NCBI GenBank assembly: GCA_963822075.1
Contig: CAWGGP010000001.1
Coordinates: 298,916 to 362,915, forward strand
Direction: 5' to 3'
Source of the DNA: Candidatus Aminicenantes bacterium
Lineage (GTDB): Bacteria > Acidobacteriota > Aminicenantia > UBA2199
Length of the DNA stretch: 64,000 bases
Part shown: positions 51,403-60,731 of the stretch, in pieces
How the letters are laid out: each line of letters begins with the position of its first letter
Numbering within the stretch: position 1 is the stretch's first letter
Position numbers and translations under genes: made by a program
The notes under the pieces: generated by a model
What the model saw: the letters and a program-made list of their open reading frames with translations, nothing else
Told to the model about the DNA's origin: nothing
Database searches by the model: none

Positions 51403-51849
51403 TCAGCTTTTAATGAGCAGCACCGGGCATTTGGCGCTGCGGGCCACCTTGTCGGCCACGCTGCCGAGGAAGCGGTCGATGAATCCCTTTTTCTTGTGCG
51501 CGCCCATGATGATCAGGTCGATTTTTCTCTTTTCCGTCTCTTGCAAAATCCCATCGGCGGGAGCTCCGCTTTTGATGCTGGTCTTATAATGCACTTTTTT
51601 CAGCGCCGGCATCCTGCGCAGCTGTTTTTCCATCAGGAGCTTGGCCTGGGCGGTGCTTCTTTTTTCCAGGTCCCTGACCAGGGCGCCATCCAGGCAATAC
51701 ACGTCGGAACACTGCTGGATCATGCCGACGAGGTGCAGGATGGAAATGCTGGCGCCTTCCTGGCGGGCGATGTCGACGGCGTAGGCGATGGCCTTATCCG
51801 ACAACTCGGAAAAATCGGTCGGTACGAGTATGGCTTTGGTCTTTCCCAT
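51403..51849 (-). CDS. Universal stress protein (UspA family)
   Basis: ILVPTDFS, DLIIMGAH, LGSVADKV...CPVL. Confidence 0.92.
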   Translation of the reverse strand: MGKTKAILVPTDFSELSDKAIAYAVDIARQEGASISILHLVGMIQQCSDVYCLDGALVRDLEKRSTAQAKLLMEKQLRRMPALKKVHYKTSIKSGAPADGILQETEKRKIDLIIMGAHKKKGFIDRFLGSVADKVARSAKCPVLLIKS

Positions 51850-51888
51850 CTGTTCCTCCTAGGAAGGCTTCATGCGGCCCGTACGGCC

Positions 51889-52287
51889 CTACTTCTGCAA
51901 GTGGATCTTTTTGGAGGATTGCCACAGGCCGTGGATGTTGCAGTAGCTGGCCGCCATGATCGTGCCCGGCTTGTCGGTCTTGAACTCGACGCTGACCACG
52001 GGGTTGGCGTAGATGGTGCTGGTATCGGGCCCCTGGATCGAGGCGCCGTGGGCGTTGCACTCGAAGCGGCCGACCTGGTAGGAAAATTTTTCCCCTTCCG
52101 GCAGAAAGTAAAGGTCGATCCATTGGATATGATGGGCCGTGGTGTTGGGATGGGGGATCTCCTTGCCCACGGCGATCGTCACGCAGATCGTCTCCGATTT
52201 TTTGAACGCATCCGGGCAGTCAATGACCGGAACATGCTTTTCACTTTTCCAATCGCCGCTTTGCCATTGTTCTTTCAATTCTGCCAT
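51889..52287 (-). CDS. Superoxide reductase-like protein (neelaredoxin / class II SORL)
   Basis: EKHVP, HPNTTAHHIQWI and YCNIHGLW iron-ligand motifs. Confidence 0.92.
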   Translation of the reverse strand: MAELKEQWQSGDWKSEKHVPVIDCPDAFKKSETICVTIAVGKEIPHPNTTAHHIQWIDLYFLPEGEKFSYQVGRFECNAHGASIQGPDTSTIYANPVVSVEFKTDKPGTIMAASYCNIHGLWQSSKKIHLQK

Positions 52288-52496
52288 TATGCCCTCCATG
52301 AGTTTTTGTTCGTCATGAATATAGGGTAATTGATGAAAAAGGATCGCGCCGCGGCAGTGAATCCCCGGAAATGTGATGCATAATCCCTTTTTTTGCAGTG
52401 GGTTTTCCCCTCCGTGAGCCGGGGCGGCGGCGGGCTTTTCCTCCGGGCGGGGGAAACGTGAAAAAGAGCGGGTTTCCGGCCGCTCAGGCGGAGATG

Positions 52497-53174
52497 TCAG
52501 CTCTCAAAGGCATTGCGCACGTATTTGACGATGCGCCTGAGCAGGGAGTCTTTTTTCCCGCCGCGGCGCTTCAGGATGATGGCTTCCCTGGTCTCCTTGA
52601 TGCGCGCGGTGATGTTGTTGTAGGCCGGGTTCAGTTTCTTGGTGTTCTCGTAGTACTCGAGGGCGCCGATAAAATTCCCGGCCTTGAAATAATTCTCGGC
52701 GGCATAGAACCAGGCGTCGTCGTAATTCGGGTCGCGCTTGGTCGCCTCGGAAAAATACTTTTCGGCCGCGTAATAGTTCTTCCTGACCGTCAGGATGATG
52801 CCCATGTAGAGGAGCAGGAAGACGTTGCGCTTGTTGATCTTGTAGGCTTCCTGGAACTTTTCCCCGGCCTGGAGGTAGTTGTCCTTGCAGAGAGCGTATA
52901 CGCCCTGGTTGAAGAAGAACTTGCCGAGCTGGTCCTGGGAAAACATGCTCATTTCCACTTTCTTGTCGGCCGCCTGGTACAGCTTCATCAGCTTGAGGAA
53001 CGCCTCGTGCAGGCGCGAGAATTCCTCTTTCAGGATCTCCTGGCCGATGATGATGCGCTGGAATTTGATCTGCAGGGTCTTGTCCAGGTATTTCTCGAGA
53101 ATGTCCGATATCGCTGCGCCCTTGCCCAGGTTGAACTGACGCAGAAGTTCCTCTAAATATTCAGTGCTCTCCAT
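52497..53174 (-). CDS. Tetratricopeptide-repeat protein
   Basis: Three TPR-like units (e.g. AWFYAAENYFKAGNFIGALEYYENTKKLNP). Confidence 0.8.
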   Translation of the reverse strand: MESTEYLEELLRQFNLGKGAAISDILEKYLDKTLQIKFQRIIIGQEILKEEFSRLHEAFLKLMKLYQAADKKVEMSMFSQDQLGKFFFNQGVYALCKDNYLQAGEKFQEAYKINKRNVFLLLYMGIILTVRKNYYAAEKYFSEATKRDPNYDDAWFYAAENYFKAGNFIGALEYYENTKKLNPAYNNITARIKETREAIILKRRGGKKDSLLRRIVKYVRNAFES

Positions 53175-53208
53175 TCCCTCATCTCCTTGGGGGAGATTTT
53201 AACATAAC

Positions 53209-53823
53209 TCAAAGCAAATTAAAATCCTTTTTCAAGAGGTGAAAGACTTCCATGGTGTTCGCCCGCGTATTTTCGCAAGTTCCGCCGCTGTCGATGGTGT
53301 AATTGGCCACCTTCAGCTTTTCCCGCAACGGGAACTGCGAGCGGATGCGTTTCTGGGCCTCGGCCCGCGTCAGCTTGTCGCGCTCCATGGCGCGGCGCAG
53401 CTGCACCGCCGCCGGCGAATAGACCACGATGACTTTTTCGAATTCCCGGTAGATGCCGGATTCGAGCAGCAGCGCCGACTCGTAGATCAGGAAGTCGTAC
53501 AGGCGGGTCGCCTCGATGGCGCGGATCTTTTTTTGCCGCTCGGCGCTGACCAGCGGGTGGACGATGGTGTTGACGAGGATGCGTTTTTCGTGGTCCTCGA
53601 AGAGCAGCCGGCTGAATTGGTCCTTGTCCAGCCCCTTTTCCGGGTCGTATATCCCGGGGCCGAAGGCGGCGATGATCTCCCGCAGCACTGGAGAATCCGG
53701 GCTGAAAATGATGTTCTTGGCCAGGTCGTCGGCGCGCAGGGTGCAGCAGCCCTGCTCTTCCAGGACCTTGAGCACGAACGTCTTGCCGCTGCAGAAGCTC
53801 CCGGTCAGGCCGATCGCGTGCAT
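53209..53823 (-). CDS. coaE: Dephospho-CoA kinase
   Basis: IGLTGSFCSGKT, ADD, IVHPLV, LLLE, RIRSQ. Confidence 0.92.
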   Translation of the reverse strand: MHAIGLTGSFCSGKTFVLKVLEEQGCCTLRADDLAKNIIFSPDSPVLREIIAAFGPGIYDPEKGLDKDQFSRLLFEDHEKRILVNTIVHPLVSAERQKKIRAIEATRLYDFLIYESALLLESGIYREFEKVIVVYSPAAVQLRRAMERDKLTRAEAQKRIRSQFPLREKLKVANYTIDSGGTCENTRANTMEVFHLLKKDFNLL

Positions 53824-53837
53824 GGCGGCGGCGCGGC

Positions 53838-54725
53838 TTACTTTTTCTGGCCCTTGAGGAATTCCGAAAAATTGAAGATCGAGCCCTGGTCGGTGATGAT
53901 CGCCTGGATGTTGGGCGAGAGCAGCTTGACGTATTCGTACTGGATCAGCAGCGGGTTGTCGGCCAGCGCCTTGCCTTTCAGGCGCAGCGATTCGGCCTCG
54001 CCCGTGGCCTCGATGATCTTGCGCGTCTTTTCCAGTTCCTGCTTTTCCAGGACGTACTTCATGCGCTGGGCTTCCTGCTGGGCGATCTGCTTGTTCTCGA
54101 TGGCCTGCTGGAATTCCTGGGAGAACTGCACGTTGCGCAGCAGCACTTCTTCGCAGACGATGTAATTCTTTTTCAGGGAATCCGTCATCTTTCTCTCGAT
54201 TTCGGCCTGGATGAGCATGCGCTTCCCGGAGTAGACGTCGAGCACCGGGTATTCCGACACGATCATGCGCACGATGGAGCGCACCTGGGGGCGCAGGACC
54301 TTGTTGACGTAATCCACGCCGATGCGGCGGTGCAGCTTGTCCAGGTTGTCGGCGTCGGGGTGGTAGCGCACGGAGATGTCGAGCAGCACGTTCTGGCCGT
54401 CGGAGGTCAGCGCCTGCAGCGAGTCGTCGCCCTTGATCTCCCCTTCCAGGGTGGCGATGCTCATGGTGTAGGTCCTGGCCTTCATGTCGTAGACGGTGGG
54501 CTCCTCGATCAGCGGCACCAGGAAGTAGAATCCCTCGTTGGGGGTCACGCGCAGGTTGCCGGTGGCCTTGTTGAAGATCACGGCCTTTTCGCCGGGATCG
54601 ACCACGATGTATATCTTGAACATGAAAATAAGGACAAAAACGATGATCACCCCGACCAGGATATATTTCCCGACATTTTTAGTCATGGCTCCTCCGTCTT
54701 TCATGGCTTGGTCAACGATTCCCAT
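53838..54725 (-). CDS. Prohibitin/SPFH-domain membrane protein
   Basis: N-terminal TM; TSDGQ.V..D.SV.Y, F.QAIE.KQIAQQEA, A.GEAES; alternative SD-led start at 54686. Confidence 0.9.
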   Translation of the reverse strand: MGIVDQAMKDGGAMTKNVGKYILVGVIIVFVLIFMFKIYIVVDPGEKAVIFNKATGNLRVTPNEGFYFLVPLIEEPTVYDMKARTYTMSIATLEGEIKGDDSLQALTSDGQNVLLDISVRYHPDADNLDKLHRRIGVDYVNKVLRPQVRSIVRMIVSEYPVLDVYSGKRMLIQAEIERKMTDSLKKNYIVCEEVLLRNVQFSQEFQQAIENKQIAQQEAQRMKYVLEKQELEKTRKIIEATGEAESLRLKGKALADNPLLIQYEYVKLLSPNIQAIITDQGSIFNFSEFLKGQKK

Positions 54726-54731
54726 GAAAAA

Positions 54732-54760
54732 AGTGTACCGGAACGCGACCTCGTTGTCAA
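54732..54760 (-). promoter_or_regulatory. Sigma70 promoter of the SPFH-coaE operon
   Basis: TTGACA-N17-TACACT, then 6 nt, then an in-frame ATG. Confidence 0.65.
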
Positions 54761-54789
54761 GGAACGGCCGCTCCGCCCCAGCGGATCAT

Positions 54790-54818
54790 GTCAACCTTTT
54801 TGCCGGCGCTTTCGTTAT
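54790..54818 (+). promoter_or_regulatory. Candidate ECF autoregulatory promoter
   Basis: GTCAAC-N17-CGTTAT upstream of the second ECF operon. Confidence 0.55.
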
Positions 54819-54914
54819 AGGGAATGGTTGGCGTCGGTCAAGGAGGTTGGGCATGGCCCGGATTGGGATTATCGCGTTGGCTTACGACCCGAACGCTTTC
54901 GGCGGCGTCGGCTC

Positions 54915-55531
54915 GTGAACGTGACCGGGGTGCTGGCCGGTCCGCCGGCAAAGGCGACAAACGATGAACCCGGGCTGGAGGCTGACCTGGTTCTCAGGGT
55001 CCAGCGGGGAGACCGGGAAGCGTTCTCCGAGCTGGTCAGGCTTTACCAGAAGAAAGTGTTCGCCCTGGCTTTCGGCTTTTTCCGCGACCGGGAAGATGCC
55101 CTGGAGATCGTGCAGGAGACGTTCATGAGGGTATATGAAAAAACTCGGCCATTACCGGCCGGAGCACTCCCTGCAAAGCTGGATCTATCGCGTGGCGCGC
55201 AATCTGTGCGTGGATTATTACCGCAAAAACGCGCAAAAAAAGGAAGCTGGAGCATGGCTTCGACTCGGTTCCCGAGCGGCAACTGGGCGGCGCCGACACC
55301 GTCGTCGCCGATTGGGAATCGCGACGGATCGCCGCCGCCATCGACCGCTCGGTCGCCGGCCTGTCGTGGCGGCAAAAAGAAGTTTTTTCGCTGAAATACC
55401 ACCAGGGGATGAAGCTGCAGCAGGTGGCCGAAACCATGGGCATATCCATCGGCACGGTCAAGGCCCTGCATCACCGGGCCATCCACCGCATCCGCCGGGA
55501 AGTGGCGCCCGCTCAAGGGAGGCAGGAATGA
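54915..55531 (+). CDS. ECF sigma factor (two frameshifts in A-runs near 55140 and 55237)
   Basis: GDREAFSELV..YQKKV...DALEIVQETF; WIYRVARNLCVDYYRK; LS.RQKEVF.L......QQVAETMGISIGTVKAL. Confidence 0.88.
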
Positions 55532-56313
55532 AAGCATGTCATGAGGTCCGGCCATGGCTGGAATGGCTGGCGGCGGACGAACTTGAGGCCGACCGGCTGC
55601 CGCTGGCGCAAGCCCATCTGCGCGAATGCCCCGCCTGCAGGCGGGAATTGGCCGCCTGGCGGGAACTGCTGGCGGCGGCCGCCATCCCCGCCGCCGAGAT
55701 CGACGCGCAGGTCCGGGCCATCGACTGGGATGCCCTGGCCGGCAAGATCACGGCCGGCGTCGGGGGGCAGGGAGCCCGTCGCCAAAGGCCCAAGGCGTTG
55801 TTTGCGCTCCCTTTCCTCGCCGCCGCGGCGGTCATGGCCGCGGTGATCGGCCTGGGGGTGTTTTTCCTGACCCGCTCCCGGGGCGCCTCCCCGCAGTTCC
55901 GGCCGGGGGACCGCCTGCCCGCCGCCGCCATGGCGCGCTTGCAGTCGGGGCTGGCCCGCGCCGAAGCGGTCGCCTACCTGCAGCAAAGCCAGCTGATGCT
56001 GACCGACCTGCTCGACGATTGCGTCGACGAGGGGATGGCGCCGGGGGAGATCCGCCTGTACTCGCGCCAGGCCAAGCAGTTGCTGCTCAAGAAAAAGTAT
56101 TTCCAGCCCTACCTTTCCGAGACCTCCTGGGCGAAGGTGCGCAACGTGAGCGAACGGATCGACTGGCTGAATTACGAGATCCTGCAGCTCGATGAGCGGC
56201 AGCTCTGCGGCCAGATCGGCCGCCTGCAGAAGATCATGGAAGACGAACGGTTGTTGCTGAAAATCCGCCTGGCTGAAAAGGAACTCGCGTTTCAGCCTTA
56301 TCAAGAGGTTTAA
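55528..56313 (+). CDS. Zinc-finger (zf-HC2) anti-sigma factor
   Basis: HLRECPAC (HxxxCxxC), one TM helix, helical periplasmic domain; ATGA overlap with sigma. Confidence 0.85.
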   Translation: MKACHEVRPWLEWLAADELEADRLPLAQAHLRECPACRRELAAWRELLAAAAIPAAEIDAQVRAIDWDALAGKITAGVGGQGARRQRPKALFALPFLAAAAVMAAVIGLGVFFLTRSRGASPQFRPGDRLPAAAMARLQSGLARAEAVAYLQQSQLMLTDLLDDCVDEGMAPGEIRLYSRQAKQLLLKKKYFQPYLSETSWAKVRNVSERIDWLNYEILQLDERQLCGQIGRLQKIMEDERLLLKIRLAEKELAFQPYQEV

Positions 56314-57138
56314 ATGAAAAAAAAATCATTGGCCCGCTGGGGCTGCTCCTGATGGCTCACGGCCGGGCTGGCCGCCCAGGCCGACCAGGAAGCGTTCGCC
56401 AAAGCCAAGGTCCTGATATTCGACAAGCAGTGGTCCGCCGCCCTGAAGCAGCTGGACGGGATGCTGGCCGCCTATCCGGGCAGCCGCCTTCTCGGTTCGG
56501 CGCTTTTTTACCGGGCCAAATGCCAGGAAGAGCTGGGCGCCCGCGTGCCGGCCCTGGAGAGCTACGAGCGCTTCCTGAAAATGTCGGCGGGCAGCAACCT
56601 GGCCGAGGAAGCGCGCATCTCCATACTGGACCTGGCCGCCGCCCTCTACCAGGGAGGCGAAAAGGACTACCTGCGGAAAATGCTGGACATGCTGCATGAC
56701 GCGAACAAGGTGGTCGCCTACTACGCCGCGTTCAAGGTCAGTTACCTGCCGGAGCGCCGGGACGCGGCGCGGGCCCTGCCGGTCCTGCTGGCGATCCTCG
56801 GGCAGGAAAAGGACGACGAACTCCGCGACCGGGCCCGGATCGCCGTCATGCGGCTGGACCCGGAGCGGCTGCAAGCGGTCGCCGGCCCCGAAAAAAGCGC
56901 GGCCGGCAAGATGCTCCGGATCCGCATCCTGGATAAAAAGGACAAGCGGGCGACGGTCTCGCTGAACATCCCGCTGGCCCTGGCCGACCTGGCCATCCGG
57001 TCGCTGAGCGACGAACAGAAACGGGCGCTGCAGAAAAAGGGCTACAACGTGGACCAGGTGCTGGCCCGGCTGGTCGGGCAGGGATTGAAGATCGATTTCC
57101 AGGATGAGGACGGCGTATTTCAGATATGGGTGGAATGA
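56314..57138 (+). CDS. Exported TPR/HEAT-repeat protein with small C-terminal alpha/beta domain (indel in N-terminal A-run)
   Basis: MKKK + hydrophobic signal; YPGS....ALFY.AKC TPR-like unit; ORF 56461..57138. Confidence 0.7.
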
Positions 57139-57164
57139 AGAATTTCGATAAAAAGGAGCAAAAA

Positions 57165-57548
57165 ATGAAAAAAAACACCTTCTGGTTGGTGGCATTGCTG
57201 GTCGGATCACTGATGGCGGTCGCGCTGTTCGCCGGGTCGGCGGACGATTACCAGGTCATCAAGAACGCGGTCAGGAAAAGCCAGGCGACCCCGGTCGGGG
57301 GCAAGAACCTGCAATGGTTCAAGATCGTGGTGACGGGCAAGGAGGGGGCGGGTGAAAACGTCAAGATCACCCTCCCCGTTTCCCTGGTGGAGATGATGCT
57401 CAACTCCTGCCAGGAAAAGAAATTCAATGTCGAGCATGGCTGCGAGATCGATCTGCGAAAGGTATGGAACGACCTGAAAGCGGCCGGGCCCATGTCGCTG
57501 GTGGAGATCGCGGACCACGGCGAGACGGTCAAGATCTGGCTGGAATGA
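57165..57548 (+). CDS. Small exported hypothetical protein
   Basis: AAGGAG SD, signal peptide, WFKIVV...VKITLPVSLVE...VKIWLE. Confidence 0.75.
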   Translation: MKKNTFWLVALLVGSLMAVALFAGSADDYQVIKNAVRKSQATPVGGKNLQWFKIVVTGKEGAGENVKITLPVSLVEMMLNSCQEKKFNVEHGCEIDLRKVWNDLKAAGPMSLVEIADHGETVKIWLE

Positions 57549-57643
57549 CCAAGGGCGGCCGGCGCCGCCCCCCTCCTTTCCTTGCCCGCCGGCGGGCGCT
57601 GTGGTACCATGACCTCCTCCCATGAAGCCGGTGAAAATTTTCA

Positions 57644-58549
57644 TTGATCGATGGCCTGATGCTCGCCGTGGTGACGATCTGGGCCCTGAACCTGTCGCTG
57701 GTCAAGATCGCCCTGGCCGAGATCCCGCCCCTGCCCTACAACGGCGTTCGCCTGCTGCTGGCGTCCGCCGTCCTGCTGGTTTGGCTCCTGCTGACGGAAA
57801 AGAACCTGAAACTGCGCCGGCAGGACCTGCCCAAGATCGCGTTGCTCTCGTTCTCCGGCTACACCCTCTACCAATACCTGTTCATCAGCGGCATCGACCT
57901 GACCACGGCTTCCAACACGGCGGTGATCTTCGGCAGCGCGCCGATCATGATCTCCCTGCTCAGCTCGTTCTTCAAGCACGAGAAGATCACCCCCCTGGGC
58001 TGGCTGGGCATCGGCCTCGGTTTTTTGGGGATCTACCTGGTCATCAGCGGCCGCGCCGGGGGGTTCACCGTGTCGCGCCACACCTGGAAAGGCGACCTGC
58101 TGCTTTTCGCCGCCGTCTTTCTTTGGGCCCATTATTCGGTGTCGGCCCGGCCGCTGCTGAAGGTCTATTCGCCCCTGAAGTTCACGACCGTGACCATGGG
58201 CCTCGGCTCCCTGATGTTCTTCCCGTTCTCCGTCTCCCGGCTGGTCCGGCTGCCGTGGGCGGCCATCTCCGCCAAGGCCTGGCTGTGCCTGCTGTTTTCG
58301 GGAGCGGTCGCCCTCTCCCTGGCCCTGGTCCTGTGGTTCTTTTCGGTGCGCCAGGTGGGCAACAGCCAGACGGCCGTCTATTCCAACCTGCAGCCGGTGC
58401 TGGCCGTGGCTTTCGCCTTCCTGCTGCTGGGGGAAAAAGCCTCCTCGTCGCTGCTGTTCGGGGCGGCGGTCATTTTTGTCGGCATTTATTTTACCCGCAA
58501 GGGGCGGGTGGAATCCGGCGGCGAGGCGGGAAAGGGAGCGCGGGGATGA
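57644..58549 (+). CDS. DMT/EamA family transporter
   Basis: About 10 TMs, two EamA repeats (IWALN, KHEK, GDLL, NLQPV, LLGEK); start may be ATG 57622 with an indel. Confidence 0.9.
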   Translation: MIDGLMLAVVTIWALNLSLVKIALAEIPPLPYNGVRLLLASAVLLVWLLLTEKNLKLRRQDLPKIALLSFSGYTLYQYLFISGIDLTTASNTAVIFGSAPIMISLLSSFFKHEKITPLGWLGIGLGFLGIYLVISGRAGGFTVSRHTWKGDLLLFAAVFLWAHYSVSARPLLKVYSPLKFTTVTMGLGSLMFFPFSVSRLVRLPWAAISAKAWLCLLFSGAVALSLALVLWFFSVRQVGNSQTAVYSNLQPVLAVAFAFLLLGEKASSSLLFGAAVIFVGIYFTRKGRVESGGEAGKGARG

Positions 58550-59286
58550 AAAATTCGAAATGGCAGGTGATATTGTCGGCCGCCCTGATAGCGGCCTCCC
58601 TTGGATTTTACCTGGGGCAATTCCTCATCTTCGGGGACGCACGCTCCATTTTCGAGTACTTTTTGAGCGATATCGCCTTTCTTCCCATCCAGGTCCTGTT
58701 CGTCACCCTGATCATCAACCAGCTGCTCGGCAACCGGGAAAAAAAGGCCAAGCTGAAAAAAATGAACATGGTCATCGGCACGTTCTTCAGCGAGGTCGGC
58801 GGCGAACTGCTCAAGATCTTCCTGCGTTTCGAAAAAAATGAAAAGGACCTGAGGGCCGCGGTCCTGCATGACCGGGGCTGGGAAGACAGGGACTTTTTCC
58901 GGTTGCGGGGCCGCATGCAGGGATACGGTTACGAGATCGACCCCCGCGGCGGCAGCCTGGCGGAGCTGAAGGTTTTCCTGACCGCGCGCCGGGCCTTCCT
59001 GCTTTCCCTGCTGGGCAACGCCAACCTGCTGGAGCATGACACCTTCACCGACCTCATGTGGGCGGTCTTCCACCTGACCGACGAATTGATCTACCGGGAA
59101 GATTTCGCCAAGCTGCCCGCCGCCGACCTGCAGCACCTGGCGCAGGACCTGCGCCGCGCTTTTCACCTGCTGGTGCTCGAGTGGCTGGCCTACATGCGCC
59201 ATCTGAAGCACGATTATCCCTACCTCTTTTCCCTGGCCATCCGCACCAATCCCTTCGACGCCGAGGCTTCGCCGATATTCAAATGA
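58546..59286 (+). CDS. Conserved hypothetical membrane protein
   Basis: Two N-terminal TMs; DIAFLPIQVLFVTL, IGTFFSEVG, LLEHDTFTDLMWAVFHL, YPYLFSLAIRTNPF. Confidence 0.75.
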   Translation: MKNSKWQVILSAALIAASLGFYLGQFLIFGDARSIFEYFLSDIAFLPIQVLFVTLIINQLLGNREKKAKLKKMNMVIGTFFSEVGGELLKIFLRFEKNEKDLRAAVLHDRGWEDRDFFRLRGRMQGYGYEIDPRGGSLAELKVFLTARRAFLLSLLGNANLLEHDTFTDLMWAVFHLTDELIYREDFAKLPAADLQHLAQDLRRAFHLLVLEWLAYMRHLKHDYPYLFSLAIRTNPFDAEASPIFK

Positions 59287-59407
59287 TCGGCCGGGCTCCC
59301 GTTCAAAGGGGGCGCATCTTTTCCCAAAATTCCTTCATTCGGGTTGAGATATTCTTGGGAAAATCCATATTTTATTGCATGTTCAGTCAACCTGGAGGTA
59401 GACACGC

Positions 59408-60731
59408 ATGAAAAAAATAGTGAACATCGTGATCCTGGCCCTGTTTTACGTGAGCCTGGCGTCCGCCGCCTCGCTTACCCTCATCCAGCCCAACGGCGGC
59501 GACCTTTGCCTGGGACAGCAAAACTATCAGATCAAGTGGACGGCCGTCGGCGTCAATGAAAAGATCAAATTGGTCCTGTTCCAGAACAACACCAAGATTG
59601 CCAGTATCGCCGAAAACCTGGACGCGGGCGGTTCGCCTTACCTCTGGAAGGTTGGGACGTACATTGGCGGCACCGCCGCGGCCGGCAGCGGCTATAAGGT
59701 CCGCGTGCGCACCATGAGCAACGGCATCGATGATTACAGCGACGCCTCTTTCTCCTTGAAAACTTCGGCGCCTCCTTGCCAGCCGCCGCTGCCCCCGCCG
59801 CCGCCGCCCGTCCTGCTGAAAGTGGAGTCACCCAATGGCGGAGAAAATCTTTCCCTGAACCACGACTATTCCATCTCGTGGAAATCCTTCGCCCCGGCCG
59901 CGGTCGGCAGCGTGCAGCTCGAGCTCGTCCGCTACCAGGGCGCCATGTTGGGCGTCATCAAGGGCAACCTGCCCGCGTCCGGTTCCTGGACATGGAAAGC
60001 CGGGGAATACCCGGGGAACACCGCCCCGAGCGGCAAGTACCTGATCCGCGTGCGCTCTCTGGCCGATCCCGCGATTTTCGACGAGAGCGATTCCTTCTTC
60101 AACCTGAGGACGATGATGGTTGCCGCCACCCCCACGGGCCATACGCTTTTTAACAGAAAAAGCGTCGTCCTGGCCGGGGTCTATCAGAATTACCCCTGCT
60201 CACGACACCTTCCCCACTTCCTCCATCCCCGTGCCCATCGCGGTCCTCCAGCAGGGGTGGCCGCAGCTCGGGCTCTCCAGCTGTGGCATGAACCAGAGTG
60301 CCAAGGCCGGGATCTATTGGTACCCGTACCCGGACATGAACATCCAGGTGGCGGCCATCTACCGTTCGCGCATCCTCTTTTACCTGGGCGAATACGCCAC
60401 CCAGGTCGCGAGCCTGAAAAGCGCGAAGTTGAAGATGAAGCGCATCCATTCCATCCACGAGGACGCCGGCAGCAACTGCGGCTGCAGCGAGGCCCTGATG
60501 GTGCTGAAGGCGCCCATGACTTCCAGCGCCATCCCGGCCATCGGAGAGAGGATCGATATCTCCATGGGCACGGCGGAATTCACCCGTGACATCACCGAAA
60601 TCGTCAAGAAGTGGCTCGACGGCTCGGTGGCCAACAACGGGCTGCTGCTGCTGGCCGGCGAACTGCCCTGCGCCGGCGGCCGGCGCTGCTCTTCCTGCTA
60701 CGAGGCCAGCCTGGTCCTGGAAATGGATTAA
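59408..60731 (+). CDS. Secreted protein: two PNGG Ig-like domains, Pro linker, C-terminal DNRLRE-like domain (frameshift near 60200)
   Basis: LTLIQPNGG...IKW and VESPNGGE...ISW repeats; RILFYL...SAKL...DITEIVKKWLDG..NNGLLL. Confidence 0.7.

Noticed and set aside
57622-59286. 554-aa apparent fusion ORF
   Set aside because: The first half is an off-frame reading of the EamA gene; the real protein starts at 58546.
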